Below are positions 45,761-55,876 of a stretch of DNA of 64,000 nucleotides, piece after piece (positions within the stretch are counted from its first letter, which is position 1; the number at the start of each line of letters is the position of its first letter). Under the pieces are notes generated by a model, which saw only the letters and a program-made list of their open reading frames with translations, was not told the DNA's origin and did not search any database. The translations under genes and the position numbers were made by a program. The stretch comes from a virus: the IMG/VR virus record IMGVR_UViG_3300005537_000002, positions 1 to 64,000 of that record, one strand, 5' to 3'.

Positions 45761-45772
45761 GGGCTATGCCTC

Positions 45773-45802
45773 TTGTAAAACGTGGGTAGAATTCATTATA
45801 AT
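45773..45802 (+). promoter_or_regulatory. Sigma70-type promoter
   Basis: CTC-TTGTAA-N18-TATAAT. Confidence 0.75.
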
Positions 45803-45835
45803 ATAAACAAGTAAATAACATCGTGAGGAGGTTCG

Positions 45836-47566
45836 ATGAGTAGTTTGTCCGCGTTGTGCGACTCAAAGGGTAAAGTGAAGACGCTAGTCTTCACTCCAAG
45901 TTCGGTTGACCACAAGCATACCGTCTGTGCTCTTAACGGTGCGAGACCACAAAAGGACGACACCATTCACTTTAGTCCTGAACCACACTTCATCGGAGAG
46001 GTTCGACAGAGGTTCCCGGGTATTGAGCTAGATGCAACTGTGCTAGATTGGTACGACGAGTACCAAACAAGCCTGCAGCAACAGAGTCAGATTGTAGCTA
46101 GTTCTCACACTAACTCGACTGACTTCGGATCTCTACTATATAACAGTGAGCTGAGGCCGTATCAAAGAGCTGGCATTCAGTGGTTGAACTCACATGAAGA
46201 CGGCGCAATATTGGGAGACCCAACTGGTATGGGCAAGACCGTCCAGTTACTGTCGGTGTGCGAACTGATACAAGCTAAACGTGTGTTAGTGATCTCTCCT
46301 TCATACGTCAAGTATCAGTGGGGAGACCAAATTACACGTTGGTTGGGCATCACTCCGGTTATATGTGAAGGAGAGACTCCTAAGCGTCGTAAGCAAGTGC
46401 AAACGTTTCTTAGTAGTGATAGTAGGTACTTAGTCGTCAATATTGAAATGTTACGTACCTACCCAAATCGGTATTACGACAACAAGCATGCAAAGGCAGG
46501 ACAACAAGCCCCCTGTGCTATTCCGGAACTCTGGCAGGCACAGTGGGATGTGGTGATTGTAGACGAGGCCCACGGTATACACGACCGGAACTCGTTGCAA
46601 TCTAAGGGTGTAAAAGCTCTCAAACGGAAAAGGCTGTACCTAGCGACTGGTACTCCGGTTTGGGATATGGCTGACGACATTTGGAATTTGCTTCATATAT
46701 TAGAACCAAAGCGCTTTAGTTCATACTGGAACTTCGCCCGTATGTACTGTAAGATCGAGAAGTTGTGGAACGGCATCGAACAGGTAGTCGGACGTAGAGA
46801 AGACCGTCTAGATGCCTTTAGGGAGACTATTACTCCCTATGTACTAGCGAGAGACAAAAGAGAGTTCCTACCTGATCTACCACTACTCATACACAAACAG
46901 TGGTGGTACGACGCTAGTCCTAAGCAACGGGAACTCACGCGTACCCTAAAGAAGAAGATGAGGTTAGAACTGACCTCAGGAGACATTAAGGTCTTCGACA
47001 GCGTCGCAAGTGAGATCAGTACGTTGCGGATGCTACTTTCCGCCCCAGAAATGGTTGGAGTGGATATTGAGACTCCAAAGGACTCGCTAATGATGTCTCT
47101 GTTAGCTGACCTATTGTTGGAAACCGATCGAGTGTTGATCGCATGCTGGTTTAAGGATCACGCCAAACATATAGCACAGCTCTGTGCTAAAGAGGGCATT
47201 GCACATACCGTGGTTGATGGTGACTTGTCTCAATCTCAGCGGCGAACGGAGATACAACGCTTTAGGCAAGGCAAAGTAGCTGTGCTAATTGGGACTATCG
47301 CGTCATTCGGACAGGGTATTGATATGCAGGAATGCAACCACTGTATAGTAGCTGACGCTGACTGGACTCCTACAGTTATGACCCAGCTATACGGACGCTT
47401 AGACCGTTTTGGACAACAATTGCCGCCGGTGTTTCATAGGCTCATTTGCCGTAAATCGATTGAGCAAGCTATCTACGAAGTAGAGCGGGATAAAGGAGCG
47501 CAAGCCAACGAGATACTAGCGTTACAGGCCGTGTACGAGCACTACCTACAACTGGAGGATTTGTAG
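45836..47566 (+). CDS. SNF2-family (SF2) helicase
   Basis: LRPYQ, GDPTGMGKT, IVDEAH, ATGTPV, GQGIDMQ, QLYGRLDRFGQ. Confidence 0.9.
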   Translation: MSSLSALCDSKGKVKTLVFTPSSVDHKHTVCALNGARPQKDDTIHFSPEPHFIGEVRQRFPGIELDATVLDWYDEYQTSLQQQSQIVASSHTNSTDFGSLLYNSELRPYQRAGIQWLNSHEDGAILGDPTGMGKTVQLLSVCELIQAKRVLVISPSYVKYQWGDQITRWLGITPVICEGETPKRRKQVQTFLSSDSRYLVVNIEMLRTYPNRYYDNKHAKAGQQAPCAIPELWQAQWDVVIVDEAHGIHDRNSLQSKGVKALKRKRLYLATGTPVWDMADDIWNLLHILEPKRFSSYWNFARMYCKIEKLWNGIEQVVGRREDRLDAFRETITPYVLARDKREFLPDLPLLIHKQWWYDASPKQRELTRTLKKKMRLELTSGDIKVFDSVASEISTLRMLLSAPEMVGVDIETPKDSLMMSLLADLLLETDRVLIACWFKDHAKHIAQLCAKEGIAHTVVDGDLSQSQRRTEIQRFRQGKVAVLIGTIASFGQGIDMQECNHCIVADADWTPTVMTQLYGRLDRFGQQLPPVFHRLICRKSIEQAIYEVERDKGAQANEILALQAVYEHYLQLEDL

Positions 47567-47593
47567 TCTGTACCCCGTATGTATAGTAATAAC

Positions 47594-47679
47594 GCTATAG
47601 TTAGTTTTTACGGTGTTTGCATCTTGGATATATAAATCATACATATACACGTGCAGTCCGTGTAAAAACTAACTATAGC
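47594..47679. repeat. Inverted-repeat mini-element copy 2
   Basis: Perfect 18-bp arms GCTATAGTTAGTTTTTAC with core GATATATAAATCATAC. Confidence 0.8.
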
Positions 47680-47736
47680 ACGATTTCATAATGTTGTACA
47701 AGTGTTGTAAAACATACTTAGTAAAAGGAAGGTCAG

Positions 47737-48156
47737 TTGATGACAGGAGTACCTACCAACCTCGAGGGTATTGAGGCACCCGATTGGGTGACTGCAGAGA
47801 TATTCAATGCTTACTTGCAGTATCGTAAGCATTGTACGGATGCGTTCCACTATATGCAGAACGCATCCGACTTAGGCGAAGCTGCTCGCCTACTACACGC
47901 GTGGACCAGTAATACATTCAACGAGCGTTTCGATCAAGCGTTGTCGAGCAGATACTACTGTGCTAAAGAAGGTTTGTCTGACGGTTTGTCTGTAGGGGGT
48001 AAGCAGACCTTCTCCAATGTATTCGGGTACGTCATGCTAACCGTATTGAGGCAAGTTGACTGGGCTTGGCTAGTCAACCACTTGCAGTACGCAGTGTGGC
48101 CGTTTACGAAACCTGGTGGATCTCCCCAAACTAGTCCGGAGTACGATGACGCATGA
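47737..48156 (+). CDS. Hypothetical protein
   Basis: RBS AAGGAAGG. Confidence 0.6.
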   Translation: MMTGVPTNLEGIEAPDWVTAEIFNAYLQYRKHCTDAFHYMQNASDLGEAARLLHAWTSNTFNERFDQALSSRYYCAKEGLSDGLSVGGKQTFSNVFGYVMLTVLRQVDWAWLVNHLQYAVWPFTKPGGSPQTSPEYDDA

Positions 48157-48437
48157 ACGAGGAGGCAATGACGCTAACCGAATTTTGTAAACAGTTGCAC
48201 TCGACTGTAGAGCAGCTACTAGCTATGGAAAGCCTCGCTCTACGTGACAACCCAGAATGCGTCGTAGTTGACATTTCACTTGACACATCGAGCGGTTGGG
48301 GTTTCGATGTGTGGATCGTCGAGGTAGTCGCTCGTAACTCGGTGCACAGTAATCAACGTTGGCTGTTTCCGCTCTGTCTGAACGAACATGGGACGCCAGT
48401 CTTAGCTACAAGTCGGTTGCTCCACGCGTTTGCCTAG
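48153..48437 (+). CDS. Hypothetical protein
   Basis: ATGA overlap. Confidence 0.5.
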   Translation: MNEEAMTLTEFCKQLHSTVEQLLAMESLALRDNPECVVVDISLDTSSGWGFDVWIVEVVARNSVHSNQRWLFPLCLNEHGTPVLATSRLLHAFA

Positions 48438-48468
48438 GGTACGAGGGTCAATTTCTATGTTGACCCTC

Positions 48469-48498
48469 TTGTTTTTTGTAGTATGTTTATATTATAAT
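48469..48498 (+). promoter_or_regulatory. Sigma70-type promoter preceded by a 9-bp hairpin
   Basis: CTC-TTGTTT-N18-TATAAT; GAGGGTCAA/TTGACCCTC at 48443-48468. Confidence 0.7.
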
Positions 48499-48536
48499 CA
48501 TATTAATAAATAAAAAAAAACTAAGGGGGTACATTC

Positions 48537-48971
48537 ATGGCGGAGTTGCCAATTGGAGCGGAGACAATAGTACAGGTACTAGTAGCACTCGGTGGAGACT
48601 ATCACGGTGAAAACCAGGAGTACGGTAAAGTATGGTGCCATCACTGTTCGTGGTCTGACCCGTTTGAATGGCCTAACGTTGAAACTAGAACGATGGAGCC
48701 TCACCGGGCTTGGTGTCCAGTGCTACAAGCTAGAGAAGCACTTCGCGTGATGGGTCTACCGATGAAAGTGTGGCGTTTAGACTTTAAAGCTACACCAATA
48801 GATTCTCAAGGTCGGAGAGGGCGTCTGCAGAGACGTAGTCAAACTATTCTTCATTGCTACCGACCGTTAGCACCAGAGGTATGGAGAGAGCTACAAGATT
48901 TCCCCGAAGAGTATCGTCTAGAAGTAGTCGAGCATACTATAGAGATTAGAGAAGTAAGGGAGTTGTACTAG
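48537..48971 (+). CDS. Hypothetical Cys/His protein, paralog of 51203..51694
   Basis: CHHC...HRAWC...MGLPMKVWRLDF. Confidence 0.6.
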   Translation: MAELPIGAETIVQVLVALGGDYHGENQEYGKVWCHHCSWSDPFEWPNVETRTMEPHRAWCPVLQAREALRVMGLPMKVWRLDFKATPIDSQGRRGRLQRRSQTILHCYRPLAPEVWRELQDFPEEYRLEVVEHTIEIREVRELY

Positions 48972-50971
48972 TGAGTAGTATAGTAGAGGATGCACTGGCG
49001 TTTGCGGAAGCGAACTTTCCTGAGAGACGAGAGCCTCAACTGAAGATGATGGAGTCGGTATGCGAGTTCTTAGAAGCACAGACACCCACGCTTATAGAAG
49101 CCGGAACTGGAACAGGAAAGAGTTTCGCCTATCTAGTTCCTGCTATGTTGTGGTTGCAAGAGCATCCACTCGACAAAATTGTCGTTAGCACAGGGACAAA
49201 GGCCCTACAACGTCAACTAGTTGAGAAGGATATAAAAGCACTACAAAAGCACTTTCCAGGTGTGAAAGTAGCGATTGCAAAAAGCGCGTCCAATTACGCC
49301 TGTGCTGAGTCGATTGCACCTACGATATCAGATCTGGAAAGTACGAATGGGTCAGTTACGGATCTAAGGATCTTAAAGAAGCTAGAAGGGTACGTAACCG
49401 CTCGTTCTGGGTGGGATGGAGACCTAGATAAGATTACCGGCAATCTAGACTGGCAGGTGCGAGAGAGGATTGCGTACTCCCACGATAGCCCCGCATGTGA
49501 TAGTCCGGGTGTTTGCTACCTAAAGCGACGGTTCCAGGAGTTAGAGGAAGCCCAACTGATCATTACAAACCATGCGATGCTAATGACTAGCATGCGACAT
49601 CAACAAGGCTTACCACAATTACTATCAATGGTAATTGTCGACGAGGGGCATAAGCTTCCAGACGTAACAAGAGATGCCTTCACTGAAACTCTCCGACAGT
49701 CAAGTGTAGAACGCTTTGTAAAAAGGGTCTTGCGTGAAGAAGACTCTAACCGCTTGGAACCGTACTACCGAGCTGTGCTAGACGCCAACAATAAGTTGTG
49801 GCAAGAGATCAAGTACGAGCTCAAAAAAGCTGCTGGTAAGAGTCAGTGGGCGCAGATCGTACAAACTACAGAGAATTCTTACGGTTTGAGGCTCTCAACC
49901 GAACTGTCGTTGCTGAAGGAAGCGCTCAAGAACAAACTGTGGAAAATATACATGCAGAGCCTATACGGAGAGAGTGACTATGGACTTACCCCAGAAGAGA
50001 TAAAGGAAGCCAAGCACCGAGGTAAGCTCATCAATACTTGCAACGCACTTTCAGCGCAAGCAGCGCTTATCTTTAAGGCTGAAGAGCCTAACGAAGTCTA
50101 CGCATATGTATGGACAATGGAAGCACAGGACGTTCGTGCAGAAGCTATCCCAATAGACGTAGGAGAACTACTGCAACGTTATCTATACGAAGAGATACCT
50201 ACGTTTCTAACATCAGCGACCCTAGCACATTCAAAGGGTGCTTTAGGATTTGATAGCAAGCAGCACGTCACTGTACTTGACAGTGTCTTTGACTACGAGC
50301 GTCAATCTATCATGTACGTGCCGAAAAGTGCTGTGCTAGCTGGAGACAACAGAGATTCAGACCACTACTTTTCGGCACTAGCAAATACGATGCTGGAACT
50401 AGTGCGGATAACTAAGGGGAGAGGGTTTCTACTGTTCACATCTCGTTACGATATGGAAAAGACGTATGAACTGTTAACTCACCCACTACTAGACGAGGGG
50501 TACTATCCTATCATACAAGGTCAGAACGGTGCGGGTCCTGCTATGCACTCGTATATGACTGCGAACAGACCGCCTGTGCTATTCGGCTTGAAAAGTTTCT
50601 GGGAGGGAGTTGATATCCAAGGAGAGCAACTGTCGCTGGTGGTACTCTCCAAACTTCCGTTCGAGCAGCAGACAGTGATCGACAAAATCCTGCAAAGCGA
50701 TGCGAAGCTTGGTTTTGGTAAGTGGTGGACTGACTTATACTTACCGAGACTGATCACGAATACACAGCAGTCGTTAGGCCGTTTGATTAGGACGACTAAC
50801 GACATTGGCGTCGTAGCGTGCTTGGACGCACGCATTTTTACCAAACAAAGCAACTACGGACAGAAACTAGTAAGTTCGTTGCCATTCACGAACTTTGCTG
50901 TCCAGACTAGCCAAGTTCGTGAATGGTGGAGTACAGCTACAAAAGGAGTATTAACACATGCAGCAAAGTAG
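48971..50971 (+). CDS. DinG/YoaA-family helicase
   Basis: EAGTGTGKSFAYLVP, STGTKALQRQL, ITNHAML, VDEGH, TSATL, FWEGVDIQG, QQSLGRLIRT. Confidence 0.92.
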   Translation: MSSIVEDALAFAEANFPERREPQLKMMESVCEFLEAQTPTLIEAGTGTGKSFAYLVPAMLWLQEHPLDKIVVSTGTKALQRQLVEKDIKALQKHFPGVKVAIAKSASNYACAESIAPTISDLESTNGSVTDLRILKKLEGYVTARSGWDGDLDKITGNLDWQVRERIAYSHDSPACDSPGVCYLKRRFQELEEAQLIITNHAMLMTSMRHQQGLPQLLSMVIVDEGHKLPDVTRDAFTETLRQSSVERFVKRVLREEDSNRLEPYYRAVLDANNKLWQEIKYELKKAAGKSQWAQIVQTTENSYGLRLSTELSLLKEALKNKLWKIYMQSLYGESDYGLTPEEIKEAKHRGKLINTCNALSAQAALIFKAEEPNEVYAYVWTMEAQDVRAEAIPIDVGELLQRYLYEEIPTFLTSATLAHSKGALGFDSKQHVTVLDSVFDYERQSIMYVPKSAVLAGDNRDSDHYFSALANTMLELVRITKGRGFLLFTSRYDMEKTYELLTHPLLDEGYYPIIQGQNGAGPAMHSYMTANRPPVLFGLKSFWEGVDIQGEQLSLVVLSKLPFEQQTVIDKILQSDAKLGFGKWWTDLYLPRLITNTQQSLGRLIRTTNDIGVVACLDARIFTKQSNYGQKLVSSLPFTNFAVQTSQVREWWSTATKGVLTHAAK

Positions 50972-51188
50972 GTTGACATACACAGTAAACGTTACTCAAC
51001 CTTACTACTTATTAAGTAGTAAGTGCATAGGTACAACAGTTAAGGAAGGAGACAAGTACGAATTCGGCTCCTATGAGGGTTGTGGGACGTACGACGAATT
51101 GTCTGAGATTAGACTCATAAAGGAGAAGTATCATCCAGAACTGAGTTTTTGGATCTTTCGCACGCACGATCATGAGCCCATAAGTTAA
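50958..51188 (+). CDS. Hypothetical protein
   Basis: RBS AAGGAG. Confidence 0.55.
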   Translation: MQQSRLTYTVNVTQPYYLLSSKCIGTTVKEGDKYEFGSYEGCGTYDELSEIRLIKEKYHPELSFWIFRTHDHEPIS

Positions 51189-51202
51189 GGAGGAGTTCTT
51201 AC

Positions 51203-51694
51203 ATGACGCTAGATAGAAGCGTTCCAAAACTCACCGTTGAGGAAGAGGTTGCACTACTCGAACCCTTTGCAGGTGATGATGTAGTGTTACTCAAAGACAC
51301 CGATAGGAGTGGTAACATAGACAAGTGTTCTTGGTGTAATCTTGACCTGTCGGATGCCTATGACGAAGGGCACGAACGTGGATGCAAAATCACTGCACTT
51401 AGGAATCGACTTGCTGATTTAGGCTTTCCTATGAGGCGGTGGAAGGTGGATTTTACGCATATACACCGATACTATCCGGAGAGCGTTATGCATGCTAGTG
51501 CTTGGATACATAGTTGTAGGGAGTTGAGTACGGAACAGGCTTTGCATCTAGCTCAACATGAACTAGATACGTGGGGCGTTGGGCGTGCATGGAATGGTGA
51601 GCCTGACTACGTTGGCAACCATCGATATGTAGACCCAGACTCCATAAAGTTATATGTCTTACGTACGTTCTATAGAACAGAAGAAGGGGACTAA
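51203..51694 (+). CDS. Hypothetical Cys/His protein, paralog of 48537..48971
   Basis: CSWC...HERGC...LGFPMRRWKVDF; RBS AAGGAGGAG. Confidence 0.6.
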   Translation: MTLDRSVPKLTVEEEVALLEPFAGDDVVLLKDTDRSGNIDKCSWCNLDLSDAYDEGHERGCKITALRNRLADLGFPMRRWKVDFTHIHRYYPESVMHASAWIHSCRELSTEQALHLAQHELDTWGVGRAWNGEPDYVGNHRYVDPDSIKLYVLRTFYRTEEGD

Positions 51695-51697
51695 CAT

Positions 51698-51928
51698 ATG
51701 AAAAAGGCGCTATCAGTATTGTTACTGTCGTTGCTTATTGGGGCTACTATCGCGTGCGGTCAGTCGTCTAACTATTACTACTCTCAGCCGGTACGTAGGC
51801 AACCAGTCATTGTTGTAGGTGGTTCGTCCGGGTGTTCGTACTACACCAAAAGTAGGGCGACGACCAAGATGAAGTCCAATGGGTCCGTGACGGTAAAGTC
51901 GAAAAGCAAGACGACTTCTAGTTGCTAG
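51698..51928 (+). CDS. Small putative lipoprotein
   Basis: MKK + hydrophobic stretch + TIAC lipobox-like. Confidence 0.55.
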   Translation: MKKALSVLLLSLLIGATIACGQSSNYYYSQPVRRQPVIVVGGSSGCSYYTKSRATTKMKSNGSVTVKSKSKTTSSC

Positions 51929-51966
51929 AGTGGTTGAAAACAGAGCGTTGTATAATACGTGTATAT

Positions 51967-52016
51967 AACGCTCTAGTTAGTTTTTACCCGTTATTAGCAC
52001 GCAACTAACTAAAAAC
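51967..52016. repeat. Degenerate third copy of the inverted-repeat mini-element
   Basis: AACGCTCTAGTTAGTTTTTACCCGT, then a partial CAACTAACTAAAAAC. Confidence 0.6.
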
Positions 52017-52093
52017 TGTTGGGGAGTAGAAAACACTACATAAACCGTGCGGATGTATAGTATAATATATACATCCGAGGAGAAGGAGTCAGC

Positions 52094-52636
52094 ATGCGTT
52101 CAGAGGATCTTAGGTTGACGTTGGAGGACATCTACGGACTGGATATGATACAGAGACCATCGGCTACGCTAGTGCATGGCGTAGTGAGTATGGAGGATGA
52201 AGAAGTACTGTGTGAGGGTGATGCACTTGAGATCGTTTCAGTCGCTGTCGAGAAGTGGGTTATGGATCCATATGACCCAACAATCGTACTCTATCTACGT
52301 CCGGAGAGATCGTATTCGCCTGACGTCGAGTCTAAACGTAGGGTTGGTTTTGAGGATGTGTGTACGAAGTCTATCCTTACAGAAGAGCAGTATAAAGGTA
52401 CGTACCTGTTGAGTCTGTCTATGTGTATAGAGATGCTCGGTGTCGGAGTGAACACGTTAGGATTTCCGTGTACACTTCCAGCTAGGGTACTGTACACGGA
52501 GTACAGGCCGACTGGCATAGTGCATTGCATTACCTACACGGACGAAGCCTTATTCTTCGACTGTGTTATGATCCACACAACTAGTTGTTCCTGTAAGTAT
52601 GGCATAGCCCGCAATCAACAGCCATACCTAAACTAG
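52094..52636 (+). CDS. Hypothetical protein
   Basis: RBS AAGGAG. Confidence 0.55.
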   Translation: MRSEDLRLTLEDIYGLDMIQRPSATLVHGVVSMEDEEVLCEGDALEIVSVAVEKWVMDPYDPTIVLYLRPERSYSPDVESKRRVGFEDVCTKSILTEEQYKGTYLLSLSMCIEMLGVGVNTLGFPCTLPARVLYTEYRPTGIVHCITYTDEALFFDCVMIHTTSCSCKYGIARNQQPYLN

Positions 52637-52659
52637 CGCGGAGGAAGTAGACTACGCGA

Positions 52660-52866
52660 ATGAAAACACTATACGACGAGAACCACAGGTACACACCAGA
52701 CGCAACTGGTCTTAGCGCGAACGTAGGTAGAGCCCTTCACAGTATATTCAAGGACTACATAGAGTTGGGCTACTCCCCGATAGAAATATCCCATATTATG
52801 CATAGCGTCGTGTTCGACCTCGAGATGGAGTCGATACTTGACGCAGACGAGGATTCTAATGCCTAA
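52660..52866 (+). CDS. Hypothetical protein
   Basis: RBS GGAGG; overlaps the polA start. Confidence 0.55.
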   Translation: MKTLYDENHRYTPDATGLSANVGRALHSIFKDYIELGYSPIEISHIMHSVVFDLEMESILDADEDSNA

Positions 52867-55648
52867 ACTCGCAATAGTAGATGGCCATAGCCTTCTCTAC
52901 CGGGGATATCACGCGATGTACGGGACGACGCTGATAACTAGTTCAGGTGAGTTGACGTCAGCGACGTTTGCGTTCACGAGCATGCTGTTAAAGGCCGTGA
53001 TAGATTTGCGACCCGATTATGTCGTTGTGGCATTCGATCCTGGTGGACGTCTACGACGACACGATCTCTACAACGACTATAAGAGCAACCGAACCGCGGA
53101 AGCAGTAGACGACTTGTGGATGCAGTATCCACGTATACAGGAGATCGTACAAGCGTTCGGATTCCCAATCGTGACTTGCTTGGGGTACGAAGGGGACGAT
53201 ATTCTGGGTACTCTAGCGGTGCAGGCGACAGCACAGGGTGTAGAGACCATATTACTAACGGGAGACCACGACACTCTACAGTTAGTCAACGACTCCGTCT
53301 CAGCGTACATCTTCAAAAGAGGTGTATCCGAGATGATCCGATATGACAGCCCAGCTGTGCTAGAGAAGATGAAGGTGCGTCCCGATCAAATCCCTTGCTA
53401 TAAGGGTCTGGTTGGGGATGTAACTGACGCTATTCCCGGTGTCAGGGGATTTGGTGAAGTAACTACATCTAAACTATTAGCACAGTACGGTAGTTTGGAA
53501 GGCATCTACGAGCATCTGCCCGAACTCAAGCCTCGTATAGCACAGTTGCTTGTGGATAATCGAGACATAGCGTTTCTAAGTAGGAAGTTGGGTACGATTG
53601 ATACGAATGCTCCTATCCAGCTGTGCTTAGAGGAGGCTAGAGTAGGTCAGTACGACGTCCCCAAGTTACAAGCCTTGTTCGAAATGTTGGAGTTCAGGGG
53701 TTTTATAAAGAAGCTAGCTATACTAACGGGTACTAGCGTAGCACCGATGTACGACCCGACGACTCCAATCGGTATGGTGCAGGTACTGCCTATACCTACT
53801 AACATCTATCGGAAAGCACCTGATCCTCGACGCCAGTCGGTAGATGTAGGTCCCGAAACGTTAGTACAGGTTGTAGAGACACTAGGGGACTTACAAGCCT
53901 GTATGACAGCCATTTGGAGCTCGAAGGAGCTGTCTTTCGACACAGAGACGACTGGCTTAGATATGCCTACACTCGAACTAGTAGGCATATCGCTGTCAAC
54001 TCAAGAGGGTACTGCTTGGTACATACCAGTTGGGCACAAGCTCGAACGGGAGCGTCAGTTACCTCTGACGGATGTACTTTGCGTACTACAACCTGTGCTA
54101 GAAGACCCACACGTCCGTAAGTATATGCACAACGCTAAGTATGACATGGCAGTGATGGCAAAGTACGGTATCGAGGTACAAGGCTTAGCTATGGATACGA
54201 TGGTCGGTGCGTACTTGTTAGACCCGGGTATTTCTGGGAAGGGTCTAAAGGAGCAAACCAAAACAAGGCTTGGGATAGTGATGACTGAGATTACTGACAT
54301 TGTCAACTTCCGTAAAGGTATGACAATGGCCGACGTAGGCATTGACATCGCTGCTCCATATGCAGGTGCTGACGCTGACATGACGTTGCGTTTAGTCCAA
54401 CCGATTGTGCAAGAGCTCTCAAGATGGAAGTTGATGGACCTGTACCAGCAGATCGAACAGCCTATTATACCGATCTTACGGGACATGGAACGGGAGGGTG
54501 TGTTAGTAGATGGTGAGTTCATTCGAGAGTATGGCGTGAAGGTGTCTGCAAAGATTTCAGAATTAGAGCTAGCCATTTACGAGAGTGCTGGTCGATCGTT
54601 CAACCTATCCTCTGACCAACAGTTAGCACAGATTTTATTCGGTGACCTCAAACTTACACCCACTCGTAGAACTAAACGTGGCTATGCAGTTGGCAAATAC
54701 GAGTTAGCGAGTTTACAGGAACTGCATCCGATCATACCACTCGTACAGGAATGGAGGCAACTCACCAAGTTAAGAAGCACGTACATCGACGGTCTGCTCA
54801 AACTGATACATCCGGTGACTGGTAGAGTACACACGAGCTTCAACCAAATTGTGACTGCTAGCGGGCGACTGTCGAGTTCGCACCCGAACTTACAAAATAT
54901 CCCTATCAAGAGTGAGGTGGGCAAGCTGATACGTAGAGCTTTCATTGCTAGACCTGGTTACAAGCTGGTGAAAGCGGACTTTAGTCAAGCCGAACTGCGT
55001 ATCCTTACTCACGTTACACAAGACCCAGTCTACCTACGTTTGTTTGCAGAAGGTGTGGACGTGCATACCATTACCGCTAGTCAATTGTACCAAGTACCCG
55101 AAAGTGAAGTAACTTGGTTGCAGCGTAAGATCGCCAAAAACGTGAGTTTTGCGATCTTGTACGGTCAGTCTCCACACGGACTAGCTGAGATGTTAGGCAT
55201 CCCTGAAATAGATGCAGCTACGTTTATCAAGCGGTACCATATGACGTATAAGACCGTTAAGGGGTATATTGCCTCCGTAACGGAGCAATTACACAAGCAG
55301 GGATTCGTAAACACGTTCTTTGGAAGGAAACGTTTCTTTACGGATCTAAGTGGGGATTTAGCAGCACACGAGCGTGAGGCTATCAACAGCCCAATCCAAG
55401 GTGGGTGCGCTGACTTGATGAAGCTGTCACTGATCGCTATCAACCGAGAGTTGAAAGCTCGTAGTAGTGACGCTCGTATTGTACTGACCGTACACGACGA
55501 AGTGCTGTTAGAAGTACCTAACGAGGAGGCATTAGATATTGCTCGACTCGTATGGCGTATTATGTCGAATGTGGTCAAGTTAGATGTGCCAATGGAGTCT
55601 AGTGTATCGGTTGGTTCGAATTGGCTGGAACAGGTAGAGCTAGATTAG
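52859..55648 (+). CDS. polA: DNA polymerase I (family A) with 5'-3' exonuclease, 3'-5' exonuclease and polymerase domains
   Basis: IVDGHSLLYR, YEGDDILGT, SFDTET, HNAKYD, GRLSSSHPNLQNIP, KADFSQAELR, AKNVSFAILYG, TVHDEVLLE (ORF track start 52838). Confidence 0.95.
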   Translation: MPKLAIVDGHSLLYRGYHAMYGTTLITSSGELTSATFAFTSMLLKAVIDLRPDYVVVAFDPGGRLRRHDLYNDYKSNRTAEAVDDLWMQYPRIQEIVQAFGFPIVTCLGYEGDDILGTLAVQATAQGVETILLTGDHDTLQLVNDSVSAYIFKRGVSEMIRYDSPAVLEKMKVRPDQIPCYKGLVGDVTDAIPGVRGFGEVTTSKLLAQYGSLEGIYEHLPELKPRIAQLLVDNRDIAFLSRKLGTIDTNAPIQLCLEEARVGQYDVPKLQALFEMLEFRGFIKKLAILTGTSVAPMYDPTTPIGMVQVLPIPTNIYRKAPDPRRQSVDVGPETLVQVVETLGDLQACMTAIWSSKELSFDTETTGLDMPTLELVGISLSTQEGTAWYIPVGHKLERERQLPLTDVLCVLQPVLEDPHVRKYMHNAKYDMAVMAKYGIEVQGLAMDTMVGAYLLDPGISGKGLKEQTKTRLGIVMTEITDIVNFRKGMTMADVGIDIAAPYAGADADMTLRLVQPIVQELSRWKLMDLYQQIEQPIIPILRDMEREGVLVDGEFIREYGVKVSAKISELELAIYESAGRSFNLSSDQQLAQILFGDLKLTPTRRTKRGYAVGKYELASLQELHPIIPLVQEWRQLTKLRSTYIDGLLKLIHPVTGRVHTSFNQIVTASGRLSSSHPNLQNIPIKSEVGKLIRRAFIARPGYKLVKADFSQAELRILTHVTQDPVYLRLFAEGVDVHTITASQLYQVPESEVTWLQRKIAKNVSFAILYGQSPHGLAEMLGIPEIDAATFIKRYHMTYKTVKGYIASVTEQLHKQGFVNTFFGRKRFFTDLSGDLAAHEREAINSPIQGGCADLMKLSLIAINRELKARSSDARIVLTVHDEVLLEVPNEEALDIARLVWRIMSNVVKLDVPMESSVSVGSNWLEQVELD

Positions 55649-55863
55649 TGGCAGAACAGCTAGTAGCAGACCTATGCTTAACTTGGGGAGTATGGAGTCT
55701 GTTAGTTGGAATGTTGTGGACTTTATTGTCGACGACATCCCAAAGAGAAAGGTGGCAGTTAGCTGGTTGTATCGTTACAACCAGCTTGTTCGTAGTAGCG
55801 AGTGTAGTCACTGTGCTAAGAGTGACTGGTGTAGTAGGCCCACTACTACACGTACACTATTAA
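55648..55863 (+). CDS. Small two-TM membrane protein
   Basis: Two hydrophobic segments; GTG overlapping the polA stop. Confidence 0.5.
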   Translation: MAEQLVADLCLTWGVWSLLVGMLWTLLSTTSQRERWQLAGCIVTTSLFVVASVVTVLRVTGVVGPLLHVHY

Positions 55864-55876
55864 ACAAGGAGTATAC

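Noticed and set aside
42287-55648. Inteins or introns in primase, SNF2, DinG or Pol I
   Set aside because: Lengths and motif spacing are normal; no intein splice motifs and no GCAGAAATGAC/P7 intron signature seen.
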